Below, one piece after another: positions 20,217-30,762 of a DNA stretch of 64,000 nt. How positions within the stretch are numbered: the stretch's first letter is position 1; each line of letters starts with the position of its first letter. The DNA is from a virus. The DNA lies in IMG/VR virus record IMGVR_UViG_3300042397_000787. One strand, written 5' to 3'. The notes beneath the pieces were generated by a model that searched no databases, was not told where the DNA came from, and saw nothing but the letters and a program-made list of their open reading frames with translations. Both the position numbers and the translations under genes were made by a program.

Positions 20217-20224
20217 TATTTATA
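20217..20224 (-). promoter_or_regulatory. T4-type late promoter TATAAATA (leaderless start of gp25)
   Basis: Exact consensus, 5 nt upstream of the gp25 ATG. Confidence 0.75.
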
Positions 20225-20231
20225 CATTAAA

Positions 20232-21116
20232 TTAGCCTCTGAGACCAGGCATTTGATCAAATTGTCCTTTAGTTTTATACGGTGCGTCCCTGTAGAAACT
20301 TTGTGCCCAACCCCTAACTGCTAATGTTGAGGGTTGTCTTAATCCAATATGAATCCATGGAGCCTTGGATGGGTCACTACCCTTTCTGGGCGCCGGCGCC
20401 CATTCGTAAAGAAGTTGGTCATAAGGAATTTTTAATCCTGCAATAATATTTGCAACCTCACGGTGTCTACCCCCTACATATCCACAACTTGCGAACTGCA
20501 TATCAATACCCCAGCCAACATTATGGGCTGAGCCATTTGATTTTGAGCGTAGAGTTGATGTAATCACAAACCCGTTGCCGAAACGCGCTCTAATAGGATC
20601 AATACAAAGAACAAAAAGATCGCGCAAGTTTTGGACTATTTGATATGCTGTCCATCTTCTTTCAGCAGCAGTTTTTCCGCCCATAGGAATACTAGCTGCG
20701 CCGCCTAGGGCTGGGTTCAAGACATCTCGTAAAGTATAGTAGTGTGATAGCCTAATGTCCTTTGCCATTGCATTGTAGTTACCAGATGAAGGAATTATTG
20801 GTAGCTTATTTCCTTTAAAATCTGTATCGGTCTTTCTAAGTCCCGCGGCGGGCGGCACTGGAGTTCCTGGTTCAGTAGATGTAGGTGCTCCACCTTCGTC
20901 ACCCATAAAACTGGGACTGCCGTCGCTGTTCGCTTCCGCACAACCAGGATCCTCATTTGCAGGTTCATTTGTACCCGGCGCTTGAGTAGTTTCTGTCGGT
21001 TGCGCGGCGGGTGCGGCTGCCGGAGCAGTAGGGGCGCCGCCGGCTGGAGGCGCCGTCGTAGTTGCTGGCGTATTAGAGTTTGCTACGGGTGGATTTGTTG
21101 GTGATGTTTCTGCCAT
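20232..21116 (-). CDS. gp5-associated protein with peptidase M15A-like (Zn) domain
   Basis: P/A/T-rich linker, then LSHYYTL, ITSTLR, SAHNVGWGIDM (SxHxxGxAxD-like) and WIHIG. Confidence 0.7.
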   Translation of the reverse strand: MAETSPTNPPVANSNTPATTTAPPAGGAPTAPAAAPAAQPTETTQAPGTNEPANEDPGCAEANSDGSPSFMGDEGGAPTSTEPGTPVPPAAGLRKTDTDFKGNKLPIIPSSGNYNAMAKDIRLSHYYTLRDVLNPALGGAASIPMGGKTAAERRWTAYQIVQNLRDLFVLCIDPIRARFGNGFVITSTLRSKSNGSAHNVGWGIDMQFASCGYVGGRHREVANIIAGLKIPYDQLLYEWAPAPRKGSDPSKAPWIHIGLRQPSTLAVRGWAQSFYRDAPYKTKGQFDQMPGLRG

Positions 21117-21125
21117 ATATTCCTC

Positions 21126-24100
21126 TTATGCCAACGATGTATAGGGGTTTAATGCCGTATCGTCGTTGATTGTCGCTTGTTCGTTGAAGGAGATGCCACC
21201 CGCTGAATTTAGAAGCTGACTACTACCACCTGCGCCCGCCGAAGTAAGGCCATCTGAACCACCGATAATAGGTGATGCTGAGACAGATACTGGTTTTTCA
21301 ATAGGAATTGGATTTGCAAGTGTTGCAATCTTAGCGCCAGTTGCTTCGCTTGCTGGATCAGCCGAGTTGGCATTACCGGCGGTGACCGCCGATCCTGGTT
21401 CAGTAACAGAAGCAGATGTAGGACCAGATATCGGAAGATCGTGAGTGCTTCCACCATTAGTACCAGTATCAGTTCCAGTTGCTCGAAGATTTGTGCTACC
21501 AGCATTCAGTGTGGAGACATTTGCAGTTGTGACATCAAGAGTTGGTGTATCAATAGGTGAAGACGCAACAAGAGGTGCCTTAAGATTGATATTTCCTGTA
21601 CCTTCAACGTTGACGGCTGCGCCAGACTTGACGTTGGTTGCTGCCGCAGAGTTGACATTCACGGCATTACCAGACTTGACATTAACTGAATCCGCTGCTT
21701 GTGCGTTTATTACATTTGCGGACTTGATATTTGTAGAAGCAATGGATTCTGTATTAACAGAACCAGCAGACTTGATGTTTGTATTGCCAAGAGATTCGAT
21801 GTTTGTATGTGTACCAGACTTACTATCGATAGTTACTGCGGCTTTGCTCAAGATTGAACCATCTGTGTCTTGGTTGATATTGCCAATAGATGTATGATAA
21901 GAAACTCCAGATACCTTAACGTGATAATCGCCCTTAGATGTTACTTTATAACCGCTTGCGGTAAGGTTATGAGTGCCATCAATTGTCGAATTGAAGTTGC
22001 CTGCACCATGTATTTGCATGTCGCCTTTATTATCGTGCGAGAATACACCATCGTTTCTAATGAAGATGCCGCCACCTACAGATAGTCCAAAGTGACCAGC
22101 AACGTTTAAGTTGAAGTCATTATGAACGTCCATGTTGACTTTACCGTTCATAGTAAGATTTGCATCACCCATAATCATAACATTACATTCACCTGCAACG
22201 TGAACATTGGCGCGGCCCTCAATTAAAATATATCCGTTATTATCGATAATTGTATAGTTATCACCAACAACGCGAGTTACTTGTGTTCCGTCAGGACCGA
22301 TTTCATTAAATGAGCCTGATTTATGAGCGGTGTGAATACGTTCGGCACCGGGGGTATCGTCGATTTCTTGAACGTGACCGGATTCGGATGCAGTAACCTT
22401 GTTGAAAGGATACTGAGCGGCATACGCGGTCTTAGGTTGCGACCAAGATCCACCGTTTCTACCCGCTTTTGGAATGTCTCTTTTACGAAGAGCATTTTTG
22501 GCTGCAGGTGATGCACCAGAACTTAAACTCTCTTGATTTGCACCCTGTGACGTTGGGTTATTTTGAATATGAGGTGAATTTATACCCACCGCAAGAGGAT
22601 TAGTATCTGGTTTACCACCGAGAGACTTCTTCGGATATTGGCCTCTTGGATCGCCGAACCCGTTTTGGGTATCGTTTGTAACGGGAATATTGGCAGCATC
22701 GGGCGGAGCTTGCGTCAATGACTGCGCGGTATCTGCCGCGGCTGGATGTTCTACGCTATCTGCTTGTAGCGGATTTGTATTCGGAGGAGCTGTTGCGATA
22801 GGCGGAGCAACTCTCGTGACTTCTTTTTGTGAAGACGCAAATCCTTTTTGATCTTCTACAATTGTAGTTGTTACTACAGAACCATCGCCATATTTTTCGG
22901 TGACAACAGTTGTCGTTGAACCGTCTGTATTTGATTTACTTGGTCCTTGTGCCGCAACTGGAGTATTATTACTAAAAGTTTTCTTGACTTTCTCAAGATT
23001 TGTAGTATACTCACCCGCGATTCCAGACTTAGCACTTATAAGGTCGTTTGATAGCGCAGTATCTGGCCCAAGAGGAGCATTATTAGTATCTCTAACCCAT
23101 TTATTATAGTTGAAGATGATGTCTTTTTGTTCTCTCTTTAGAGAAGTAATAACATCAAGCCATGCTTCTGCGGTAGGAAGATCCCACTTAGCTGTTGATG
23201 TATCGCCCGCGGAAACCTCTTGCGTCAATTCAACAATGTCTCGCATCGTGGATTCAATTTCGCGAGTTAATTGGGCGTCAATACTTTCCTGCCATTCAGG
23301 TCTGTTGAGAGATATAATGTATTTTGTTCTATCTGGTTGATAGTTTATTGGTTTTAATCCATCGACCTGTATTGCGTAGTTACCCCCAAACGGAATAACT
23401 GTGGCAATTATTGGAATCTCTCTGAGTGGCAGCGCCCCACTATTTTGAGGATAAAGAGCATTTCCAAGATTTTGTTCAAACGTTTTAGGAGTTTTCGGAG
23501 TATAGTTATTGATACGTTCTTGCTTAATTGCACCGTCAATAGCAGAAATCAGTGTCAAATACTGAGGAGTTTTAGTATCGGTCTTATCAATTAAGTTTAC
23601 AGACGCAATGGGTGTTCCCTTGGTAGATAGTGTAACAACACCATTAGATGCTGTCCATTGATATGAAACTTCGACTGAGCCATATGTAGACTTCATTGGA
23701 TTAGGGTCGACAGGTGGCGAAGAAGCCTGCGTTGGTCCTCCTACCGCGGCCGCAATTTGCGTGGACGGTAGCGTAGGAACTGCGTCTGCGGACGCCGCAC
23801 CTGTTTGAGGAGTTGGAGGAACAGAAGCGGGCGATACCGGCAAGAACGACGAAACAATTTCACCTTCTGCTGGCTTTTCGGTAGTGGTAGGCGAAGAACT
23901 GCCTAGCATTCCTGAAACATTTGATGCTGCATTCGACAACGCACTTGTAACGTTGCCCGTGGCAGAGTTGAGTGCTCCTTGTGCGTTACCAGCTATACCC
24001 GAAACTGCGCCAGTTGCCGCTGATATAGCGCCCGTAACATTTGATACCGCAGAAGCGCCAAGGGCGGCGGCTGCGGCAGATGGATCGCTTGCACCGGCTG

Positions 24101-26339
24101 TTATCGCGGTGAGATTATTAGCAAGAGCAAGACCAGACACTGCGGTCGAACTGGAATTGAGTATGTCACTTGCGGCCGCAGATGCTTGTTTCTTCAATGA
24201 TTCCATCGATGCAGAACCTGCACTACTAATCAGAGAAGTCAGTTCTGGTTTACTTACACCGATTGCACTAATAGAGGCTGCTTTTGCTTGCTCGAACTTA
24301 TCAAGCAATCCAGGTTTAGCACCTGTTTGTTCTATTAGCGTTGTATTGAGTGCTGGAATAGCTGCACCCACATTCCCCATCTTATTAGTTTCGGATGCGA
24401 TCAGATCAGAAATTTTTGCGGGGTCAGTGACGCCATCGATTGCCGCACGAAGAAGTGCCGTTGCACCCGGAGGACACATACCTCGACGATTTAATTCATT
24501 GATTACCGCAGTCTGTGAATCGTTGGCTAGACCAAAACCGGACTTTAGAGATTCACCAATAAAACTTAACGATGCTGGATCAACTTTGCCGCTTGCACCA
24601 GCTGCACCGAGTGCAGCACCTACTGCTTCTGTGGCAGTATTTTCAACATCGGCTGCCAGCGAAGTAATCTGTTTTGCAAGCGATGTATTAGATACCTTGC
24701 TTACCGCAGAGGTTATACTATTTTTAGACGCAAGACTACTAATAGATGGAACTTTGCTGGTAACTCCGCTAACTTTAGATGAAATGCCCGATATAGATTT
24801 CAGTGCTGAAGTAGTATTTGCTGGCAATATACTTGACGCTGCGGCCAAAGCATCTTTAGCCTTATTGATTTCACTGAGTTTATCTTTGATTGTTGATGCT
24901 GCTATTCCCAGTCCAGCATCTAGTATGCCACCAATATCAGCAGGAATAATTCCATTTTTAACTAGTCCAGAAATGACTCCGTTTATATTTTTACCAGATA
25001 GAACATCAGCCAGATCTTTAGCAGTTTCTATTAGAGCCTTGGTACTGATTTCTGTTGTTGGTGCTCTTACGCCGGATTTTAGTAGGGGCTTATCGCTATT
25101 AGTTTCTTTTGGTTTTTCAGCTACCGCGTTATATCCAATATCGTACCAATACTTAGAATTGATGCCATCTGAATTGGATTTGATAACACCTTGGGCAAAA
25201 CTAATAGCATCATCTAATTTTCCACAAAGGGCGACGGAAAGTAAGCCCGCTACAGTTTCTTTAGAAGTGTCTACGTTTACAATCTTTGCATTACTTAAAT
25301 CTACGTATGCCTTCTTTAAATAATAATATGCTGCTTTATCTTGCATTTCTTCCGATGTCACGAAAGAAATCATGCTTCTTACGGCAGCCTCATGATTTAG
25401 AGGAATAGGATTGTATAAGAAGAAATACTGGATATTATTGCCGGCTTCTCTCTTGTAAGGCGCGAAGTCATAATCACCAGCAGTATCTTGAACTGCCTCT
25501 GCGTATGACTTAACTCTTTCGGCGGCACCAGGGCGACTGCCATTAATCTGAATACAATCTTCTGCCCATTCTTGTATTTCTGGTTTTAGAAAATCAATAT
25601 CAATAAGTTGTGATATCGTCATTCTATATGCGCCGTATTCACCGCGATTGTGAACCTTACGCCATATGTTTCTCTTACCACCGACAACATATTTTCTAGA
25701 AATTGCTTGTTGACATGCAGTAAGAACTTTTACACAGTCCTCTTTTGTCAGTTTACCTGGCGAACCGATATCTGGTAATTTTGCGGCAGTAGTTTGATAT
25801 CCAGAACTTACCTTAGAAGTTTCAATCGTAGTAGGAACAGCCTTTAATACTTCAGTTGCTGCTTTAGAAACATTGAGAGGAACATCTGCAATCTTTAATG
25901 CGCCGGTTATCACGCCGGAAATATTTCCATTTGATGCCGCAGTAAGAATGCTTAACCCATTTGATAATAATTTGCTAGTAGTTTTATCGATAACTCCACT
26001 CTTAGTAAGAGTTGCCAGTAACTTATTGGCATTAGAAACTGTATTTCCCGGTAGAGATGACGAAGAGACATTAATCTGTTTAGTTAAACTATTTGCACCT
26101 GTCTTTGAGAGCAAACCTACTGCCGCCAATCCACTAGTTACCGCAGATAAACTCGGAGTTTTTCCTTGTTCGATTGTGTTTGCTAGAGACAACCCAGACT
26201 TAACTGCCTTGGCTTGATCTCGTGACAAAACGCCAGCTGAAGACAGTGCATTTACCGTTGATGATAAATCAGGAAGTTTACCAGTTTTGACAGACTTGAC
26301 TGCCGATGTAATTAGACTGGTTGCTTGTAATAATGACAT
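21126..26339 (-). CDS. gp5: gp5 C-terminal part (beta-helix spike) with long low-complexity and lysozyme-like N-terminal region
   Basis: YPFNKVTASESGHVQEIDDTPGAERIHTAHKSGS..EIGPDG...VVGDNY followed by VxGx-type repeats. Confidence 0.8.
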   Translation of the reverse strand: MSLLQATSLITSAVKSVKTGKLPDLSSTVNALSSAGVLSRDQAKAVKSGLSLANTIEQGKTPSLSAVTSGLAAVGLLSKTGANSLTKQINVSSSSLPGNTVSNANKLLATLTKSGVIDKTTSKLLSNGLSILTAASNGNISGVITGALKIADVPLNVSKAATEVLKAVPTTIETSKVSSGYQTTAAKLPDIGSPGKLTKEDCVKVLTACQQAISRKYVVGGKRNIWRKVHNRGEYGAYRMTISQLIDIDFLKPEIQEWAEDCIQINGSRPGAAERVKSYAEAVQDTAGDYDFAPYKREAGNNIQYFFLYNPIPLNHEAAVRSMISFVTSEEMQDKAAYYYLKKAYVDLSNAKIVNVDTSKETVAGLLSVALCGKLDDAISFAQGVIKSNSDGINSKYWYDIGYNAVAEKPKETNSDKPLLKSGVRAPTTEISTKALIETAKDLADVLSGKNINGVISGLVKNGIIPADIGGILDAGLGIAASTIKDKLSEINKAKDALAAASSILPANTTSALKSISGISSKVSGVTSKVPSISSLASKNSITSAVSKVSNTSLAKQITSLAADVENTATEAVGAALGAAGASGKVDPASLSFIGESLKSGFGLANDSQTAVINELNRRGMCPPGATALLRAAIDGVTDPAKISDLIASETNKMGNVGAAIPALNTTLIEQTGAKPGLLDKFEQAKAASISAIGVSKPELTSLISSAGSASMESLKKQASAAASDILNSSSTAVSGLALANNLTAITAGASDPSAAAAALGASAVSNVTGAISAATGAVSGIAGNAQGALNSATGNVTSALSNAASNVSGMLGSSSPTTTEKPAEGEIVSSFLPVSPASVPPTPQTGAASADAVPTLPSTQIAAAVGGPTQASSPPVDPNPMKSTYGSVEVSYQWTASNGVVTLSTKGTPIASVNLIDKTDTKTPQYLTLISAIDGAIKQERINNYTPKTPKTFEQNLGNALYPQNSGALPLREIPIIATVIPFGGNYAIQVDGLKPINYQPDRTKYIISLNRPEWQESIDAQLTREIESTMRDIVELTQEVSAGDTSTAKWDLPTAEAWLDVITSLKREQKDIIFNYNKWVRDTNNAPLGPDTALSNDLISAKSGIAGEYTTNLEKVKKTFSNNTPVAAQGPSKSNTDGSTTTVVTEKYGDGSVVTTTIVEDQKGFASSQKEVTRVAPPIATAPPNTNPLQADSVEHPAAADTAQSLTQAPPDAANIPVTNDTQNGFGDPRGQYPKKSLGGKPDTNPLAVGINSPHIQNNPTSQGANQESLSSGASPAAKNALRKRDIPKAGRNGGSWSQPKTAYAAQYPFNKVTASESGHVQEIDDTPGAERIHTAHKSGSFNEIGPDGTQVTRVVGDNYTIIDNNGYILIEGRANVHVAGECNVMIMGDANLTMNGKVNMDVHNDFNLNVAGHFGLSVGGGIFIRNDGVFSHDNKGDMQIHGAGNFNSTIDGTHNLTASGYKVTSKGDYHVKVSGVSYHTSIGNINQDTDGSILSKAAVTIDSKSGTHTNIESLGNTNIKSAGSVNTESIASTNIKSANVINAQAADSVNVKSGNAVNVNSAAATNVKSGAAVNVEGTGNINLKAPLVASSPIDTPTLDVTTANVSTLNAGSTNLRATGTDTGTNGGSTHDLPISGPTSASVTEPGSAVTAGNANSADPASEATGAKIATLANPIPIEKPVSVSASPIIGGSDGLTSAGAGGSSQLLNSAGGISFNEQATINDDTALNPYTSLA

Positions 26340-26351
26340 TAAATGCTCCGA

Positions 26352-27380
26352 TTATGCTTTAGCAGACAACATTGCTGGTGTATATTTTTTAGAGAATTTA
26401 TCAACTTTGGCGAAATTTTCTCTACCAAAGGCAGAACCGGTGCTAAAGTTGTCTCTGCCTCCAGTTGCATCAGTAATGATTTTGTTTGCTTCACTCTGAC
26501 TTCTCGCCGTTTTTCTGCCTCGAACCACTCCTCCACCCAAGCCTCGATATTGATAGAAGGCAAAAAACGCCTTAACCGCCACATCTTGATCAGTAATCAA
26601 CAAATCTGGATTAGCTATGATATCAACGCCGATAATTTGTTTAATCGCGGCATAGTTTGCTCTACCCGTCAACTGATTTAGACCCTTGCCTCTGTAATTC
26701 CATCCGTCGGTTCCGCCTTTATTACCATTTACGGTAGCATAGATGAAGTTGGCCAGACCCTGTGGATTATTGGCATATTTAACTGCCTGATCTGCTCTTT
26801 TCGGCCACACTTGTCTAATTCTTGCTGCGGAATAACCCATTTGTTCTGCCTTAGGTTTAAGACCACATTCTTTTTCTGCAAGTGCGACAAATGCGATACT
26901 CATATAGTCATCATAACCAAGACTTTTTGCTGTTTGGAAAATCTTTTGGGCCATTCCTTTGGCACTACCGGATACTTGAATATCTTGTGCGCCGTCTGGT
27001 GCACCTGCTGGATCAGAAGCACTGTTGCCACCTGCTGGTGCGCATGGATCACCTGCCGGACCGCCAGGTACCGCACCGACCGTGCCAAAAAACATGGGGT
27101 GCTGGCCGTCTGAGCCATCTGCAAAGAAACCTACGACCCACGTTCCGGTCACTACGCCGTTCGCCGAGCCGCCGACCCCAGATATTGAGGGATTATTTGC
27201 GGGCATAATTGGGACAGCCCACGGCAAATCTTCTGTCGGTAGTAGCTCCGTGCTATCTATGTGATAACCCATGATACGAACACGGCATCTTCCGATGCGT
27301 AAAGGATCGTCGCGATCTTCGACCACGCCGAACCACCAGTAAAACTGACCAACATTATTAGTTGTTCTATTATCCATCAT
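26352..27380 (-). CDS. gp5: gp5 N-terminal OB-fold fused to a GH19-family muramidase/chitinase-like domain
   Basis: WWFGVVEDRDDPLRIGRCRVRI.GYH...LPWA...GTWVVGFFADG (gp5 OB); ECG...LANFIY...DGWNYRGKGLNQLTGRANY (GH19). Confidence 0.85.
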   Translation of the reverse strand: MMDNRTTNNVGQFYWWFGVVEDRDDPLRIGRCRVRIMGYHIDSTELLPTEDLPWAVPIMPANNPSISGVGGSANGVVTGTWVVGFFADGSDGQHPMFFGTVGAVPGGPAGDPCAPAGGNSASDPAGAPDGAQDIQVSGSAKGMAQKIFQTAKSLGYDDYMSIAFVALAEKECGLKPKAEQMGYSAARIRQVWPKRADQAVKYANNPQGLANFIYATVNGNKGGTDGWNYRGKGLNQLTGRANYAAIKQIIGVDIIANPDLLITDQDVAVKAFFAFYQYRGLGGGVVRGRKTARSQSEANKIITDATGGRDNFSTGSAFGRENFAKVDKFSKKYTPAMLSAKA

Positions 27381-27402
27381 AGTATAAGTAACTCCATTAA
27401 TC

Positions 27403-27410
27403 TATTTATT
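27403..27410 (-). promoter_or_regulatory. Late promoter variant AATAAATA upstream of gp5
   Basis: One mismatch to consensus; followed after 5 nt by the ATG of a mini-ORF (MELLIL*) that overlaps the gp5 start. Confidence 0.55.
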
Positions 27411-29019
27411 TGCTTGGAGCCGGGGTTGGAGCCGGTGAAGGAGGATTAGTTGTTGCTGGCGCGGCGGCAGGAGCAGCCGATGCTTCTTCGGCTACAAGTT
27501 CTTTCAAATAAGAATCCTTAGCAATTTCGCAAATCATATTATGTCTCAATTTTGTAATTTGATGATGTATCGCAGTTATCATATAATATCCACTTATCCA
27601 TATATCTCTAACACTGTCCTCATCCGTTTCACCATTTCTACCAGACCCCACGGAAGGATAATCAAAATCTACGATTGTACCAACTTCCATGTCTGTTCTA
27701 CCTGGAATAGTAATTTTCATTTTCATAGTAGAAATGTCAGAAAACAGACTGTTTCTTTGCTGAACATATTTCTCAGGATGAAGATTCATCAATTCAGGAT
27801 CCGAGCTATCTAGAACACCAGGATGTATAGACTCAATAAAAACTTTACTGTCGGATGAGCGAATGACTGTAGCCGGAAAAATTGAATTATATTTCTTGCT
27901 TTCATCCAGAACTAGACCCGTTTGACCGGGCGCAGATTTATAACTACCTAAATGAGGATATTTCTGAAACTCAAACCCGTGATCGTATGACGTTGCCACA
28001 TATTCTTTCTTGACTACATCTAATGTGAAAAGAGAGCTTGCAAAATGCCCCAAGTCTTGACCTTTAAGAACATCAACGTTTGATAGAAACTCTAGATTTT
28101 CAACGTGAGAATACGCCAAACGAATTGCATTTTCTCCTAGTTGTTCTGCCTCATATTTCTTACGATACTTCAACTTCGACATAATAAAGCCAACTGACAT
28201 CTGCGATCTAATTAGATCGTTTATAGAACACATGTAAAAACCTTTGGTCGTCTCATAAAATAGAAAAGTCGGAGCATCGGTAACATTTGTTCCCAATGCT
28301 CGTTTTGATAGATAACCCATTATTTGAAATGGTGTCCACATAGGAGGTAATAATGAAACCTTAGAAGTATGTGGAGTATCGCCGATAGTAAAGTCAGATT
28401 TGGGAGCAGTTGCCGCTGTGTTTTTATCGTTCAAGTATCTAGGAATATCCTTGAACGAATCCTCAAAAACTTTGGCTGCTATTTCATCTGTTGTACCTTC
28501 ATACTTCTGGCACAAATATGAAATATTATCTACCATACCTTCCATCGAAATGAAGTGCAGAGAATACAATTGTTCTTTGTCTTCATTCGACAAAAATCTA
28601 TTCTTGATAGCATATACAGCAAATGATTTTTGTATTTTATTTGTTGGGTCGTAGGGCGCCTGAGCTAACTGAGGAGTAGAAATATCCAGAGTTAATATTT
28701 CGTCGCCTATCAAAGGAACCTTTTCTATCAAGTTTTGTGTGTCACGGATAATCACATTTCCATGTAAACAAGGAGAAAACATATCTTCATAGATATTGAT
28801 TTCGACCACGAAGTCTCTAATATCAATAATGCCGCCGTTAGTAACTAGCAACACCTCGTTGTAAATAACATCACCCGCTTTTTGTAGAATTGCAGGATTC
28901 AGATCAGCAAAGGCCGACTCATCGAAGTCTTCTTCATTTGAAAAGAGATCCCCATCGCCTTCATATTCAGGATCTCCCTTGGGCTTAGATGCACCCAAAA
29001 AACTAAGAAAGTCTACCAT
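27406..29019 (-). CDS. Putative baseplate hub protein (gp27-like position)
   Basis: EINIYEDMFSPCLHG, PLIGDE, FLFYET..GF, ITIPG...GTIV, SGYYMITAIHH; lies between gp53 and gp5. Confidence 0.6.
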   Translation of the reverse strand: MVDFLSFLGASKPKGDPEYEGDGDLFSNEEDFDESAFADLNPAILQKAGDVIYNEVLLVTNGGIIDIRDFVVEINIYEDMFSPCLHGNVIIRDTQNLIEKVPLIGDEILTLDISTPQLAQAPYDPTNKIQKSFAVYAIKNRFLSNEDKEQLYSLHFISMEGMVDNISYLCQKYEGTTDEIAAKVFEDSFKDIPRYLNDKNTAATAPKSDFTIGDTPHTSKVSLLPPMWTPFQIMGYLSKRALGTNVTDAPTFLFYETTKGFYMCSINDLIRSQMSVGFIMSKLKYRKKYEAEQLGENAIRLAYSHVENLEFLSNVDVLKGQDLGHFASSLFTLDVVKKEYVATSYDHGFEFQKYPHLGSYKSAPGQTGLVLDESKKYNSIFPATVIRSSDSKVFIESIHPGVLDSSDPELMNLHPEKYVQQRNSLFSDISTMKMKITIPGRTDMEVGTIVDFDYPSVGSGRNGETDEDSVRDIWISGYYMITAIHHQITKLRHNMICEIAKDSYLKELVAEEASAAPAAAPATTNPPSPAPTPAPSK

Positions 29020-29023
29020 TATA

Positions 29024-29518
29024 TTACCTTGAAATCAATGTCTGGAATTTAGTTACGAATGAGTTAAGATACTTAGGTTCTAAAATCTTGACTTCTCTCT
29101 TAGCATCATTCAGTATTTCTTCATATTCGATATTCGTAACTGCGATTTTATTTTCAGTATAACTAGATTGTACCGTGATGCCCTCATCGTTTTCATAGTG
29201 ATGAACATCGTATAATTCTTCCAGACCGCCATATTTTAGTTTGCTATATTCAATCAAATCTGCACCCGACTTCGGCCATTCTTCTCTAATGTCAACGATG
29301 TTATTTAAAATCATAATAACCCAGTGATATGTGGGTGAACCATAATATAAATCGCTGACTTGCTCGACTGTATATCCTTCAGGAATAGTTACGGTCTCTA
29401 GTTCCGAATAGTGTGTCGCAAACGTATTTGTATAAACTCGTCTGAAAATATCTGTGACATACTTGTATTCATTTCCAATTTTAAGTATATCCGATGGAAA
29501 GTTGCTAAAATATGACAT
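29024..29518 (-). CDS. gp53: Baseplate wedge subunit gp53
   Basis: MSYFSNFP, EQVSDLYYGSPTYHWVIMILNNI, VHHYE, EYEEILNDAKREVKIL. Confidence 0.9.
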   Translation of the reverse strand: MSYFSNFPSDILKIGNEYKYVTDIFRRVYTNTFATHYSELETVTIPEGYTVEQVSDLYYGSPTYHWVIMILNNIVDIREEWPKSGADLIEYSKLKYGGLEELYDVHHYENDEGITVQSSYTENKIAVTNIEYEEILNDAKREVKILEPKYLNSFVTKFQTLISR

Positions 29519-29520
29519 AA

Positions 29521-30720
29521 TTAATATCCCAGCTTTGAGCGTTTGTTTGTAAGAGTTTCGAGTTCGGTAAATTCGAGTCTAATGGTGGCTTCTGTTGGCA
29601 TACCGTTAGTTCCTTGAAAAGTGGTGAACCCATCTGCGCCATAATCGATATTCATTCCTGTGAGGGCACAATTTGATATTCTTCTGACCCAGGTGTTTTC
29701 TGCGCCAGACTTATGATAGATTACAATTAAAAACTCTGACGGATAAATTAAAAATACGCCAGCATTACTAGGTTCTGGATGCATATGTTCAAGAAATGTC
29801 CCAATAATACCACCGACGCCACCCCTGGCCTCCGATTTACCAAAAACTGTTAAACCTTCTTCATATGTTCTGGGTGCAAATTTATATTCAAAACCAAATT
29901 TTCTGAATCCCATATTTTTAAACAACTGCTCTTTATACGGGTTCTCTACTGTTTTTGATGTAGCTTCTTTTAAGTTTGTAACCTGATTTCCGCCAATTGC
30001 ACCTGCAAGACTTGCTAATTTTCTGGCTGCTAATGCACCAACATCGGTACCGACATCTCCTAGTGAGGCTTCTCCACTAAAGTTACCCGTTGCCGCGGCG
30101 CCGACAAAACCTCCTATATCAGCAACATCATAGTTTGCCGAATAACCGTAGCTAAGTTTATCTTGAATGCCTAAAACGATTGCTTTAGATCCCATAATCA
30201 ATCTTCTTGCGCCTATACCATTAAGAGCCGCACCAGCTGCCACCCCGGCAGCTATACCCAGTGCTGCCACCGTGCCGGCTGTTCCAGCCGCACCAGATTT
30301 AAAGAAGTTTGATAACCCACCTTTAGCGCCCATAATACTCTTCAATCCTGCAAGACCAGCAGTACCTAATGTTTCGGCAGCAAGTTTTCCACCTAGTGCG
30401 GCACCAGCGGCTGTTGCATGTTCTGCATCGACTCTTTGTTGGCCTGAAGTTTCAAAAATAGTAGCTCTACCAGAGTCCCTCAATGCATTTGCTGCGGTGG
30501 TACCTTCTCTAACAAGAGGATAAAAAGCTATCCAATGTGTGTGTTCACTTTGGTCGTTAACAGTAGCTAAACTTTCCGGATATGTAAATGTCTTGGACGC
30601 TTTACTTCTTCCACTGAATGGATTGACCATACCCGAAGTGTCTCTATTAAATCTTCCTTCAGGAGAAGGAGAAGAAGCGGACTGCTTTGGGCTTGCCGGC
30701 TCTCTTTTTTGTTCTGCCAT
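29521..30720 (-). CDS. gp48: Baseplate tail-tube cap gp48
   Basis: NPYKEQLFKNMGFRKFGFEYKFAPR, YPSEF, CALTGMNIDY, GMPT...LEFTELE. Confidence 0.85.
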   Translation of the reverse strand: MAEQKREPASPKQSASSPSPEGRFNRDTSGMVNPFSGRSKASKTFTYPESLATVNDQSEHTHWIAFYPLVREGTTAANALRDSGRATIFETSGQQRVDAEHATAAGAALGGKLAAETLGTAGLAGLKSIMGAKGGLSNFFKSGAAGTAGTVAALGIAAGVAAGAALNGIGARRLIMGSKAIVLGIQDKLSYGYSANYDVADIGGFVGAAATGNFSGEASLGDVGTDVGALAARKLASLAGAIGGNQVTNLKEATSKTVENPYKEQLFKNMGFRKFGFEYKFAPRTYEEGLTVFGKSEARGGVGGIIGTFLEHMHPEPSNAGVFLIYPSEFLIVIYHKSGAENTWVRRISNCALTGMNIDYGADGFTTFQGTNGMPTEATIRLEFTELETLTNKRSKLGY

Positions 30721-30724
30721 TTCT

Positions 30725-30762
30725 AATAAATATCCTATTGAGCTTGGTTTGGACTATTTATA
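30725..30762. promoter_or_regulatory. Overlapping late promoters on opposite strands (AATAAATA + at 30725-30732; TATAAATA - at 30755-30762)
   Basis: Motifs lie between the divergent gp48 and gp4 genes. Confidence 0.6.

Noticed and set aside
23884-25323. 479-aa + strand ORF
   Set aside because: Antisense shadow of the Ala/Ser-rich gp5 region; no motifs or expression signals.
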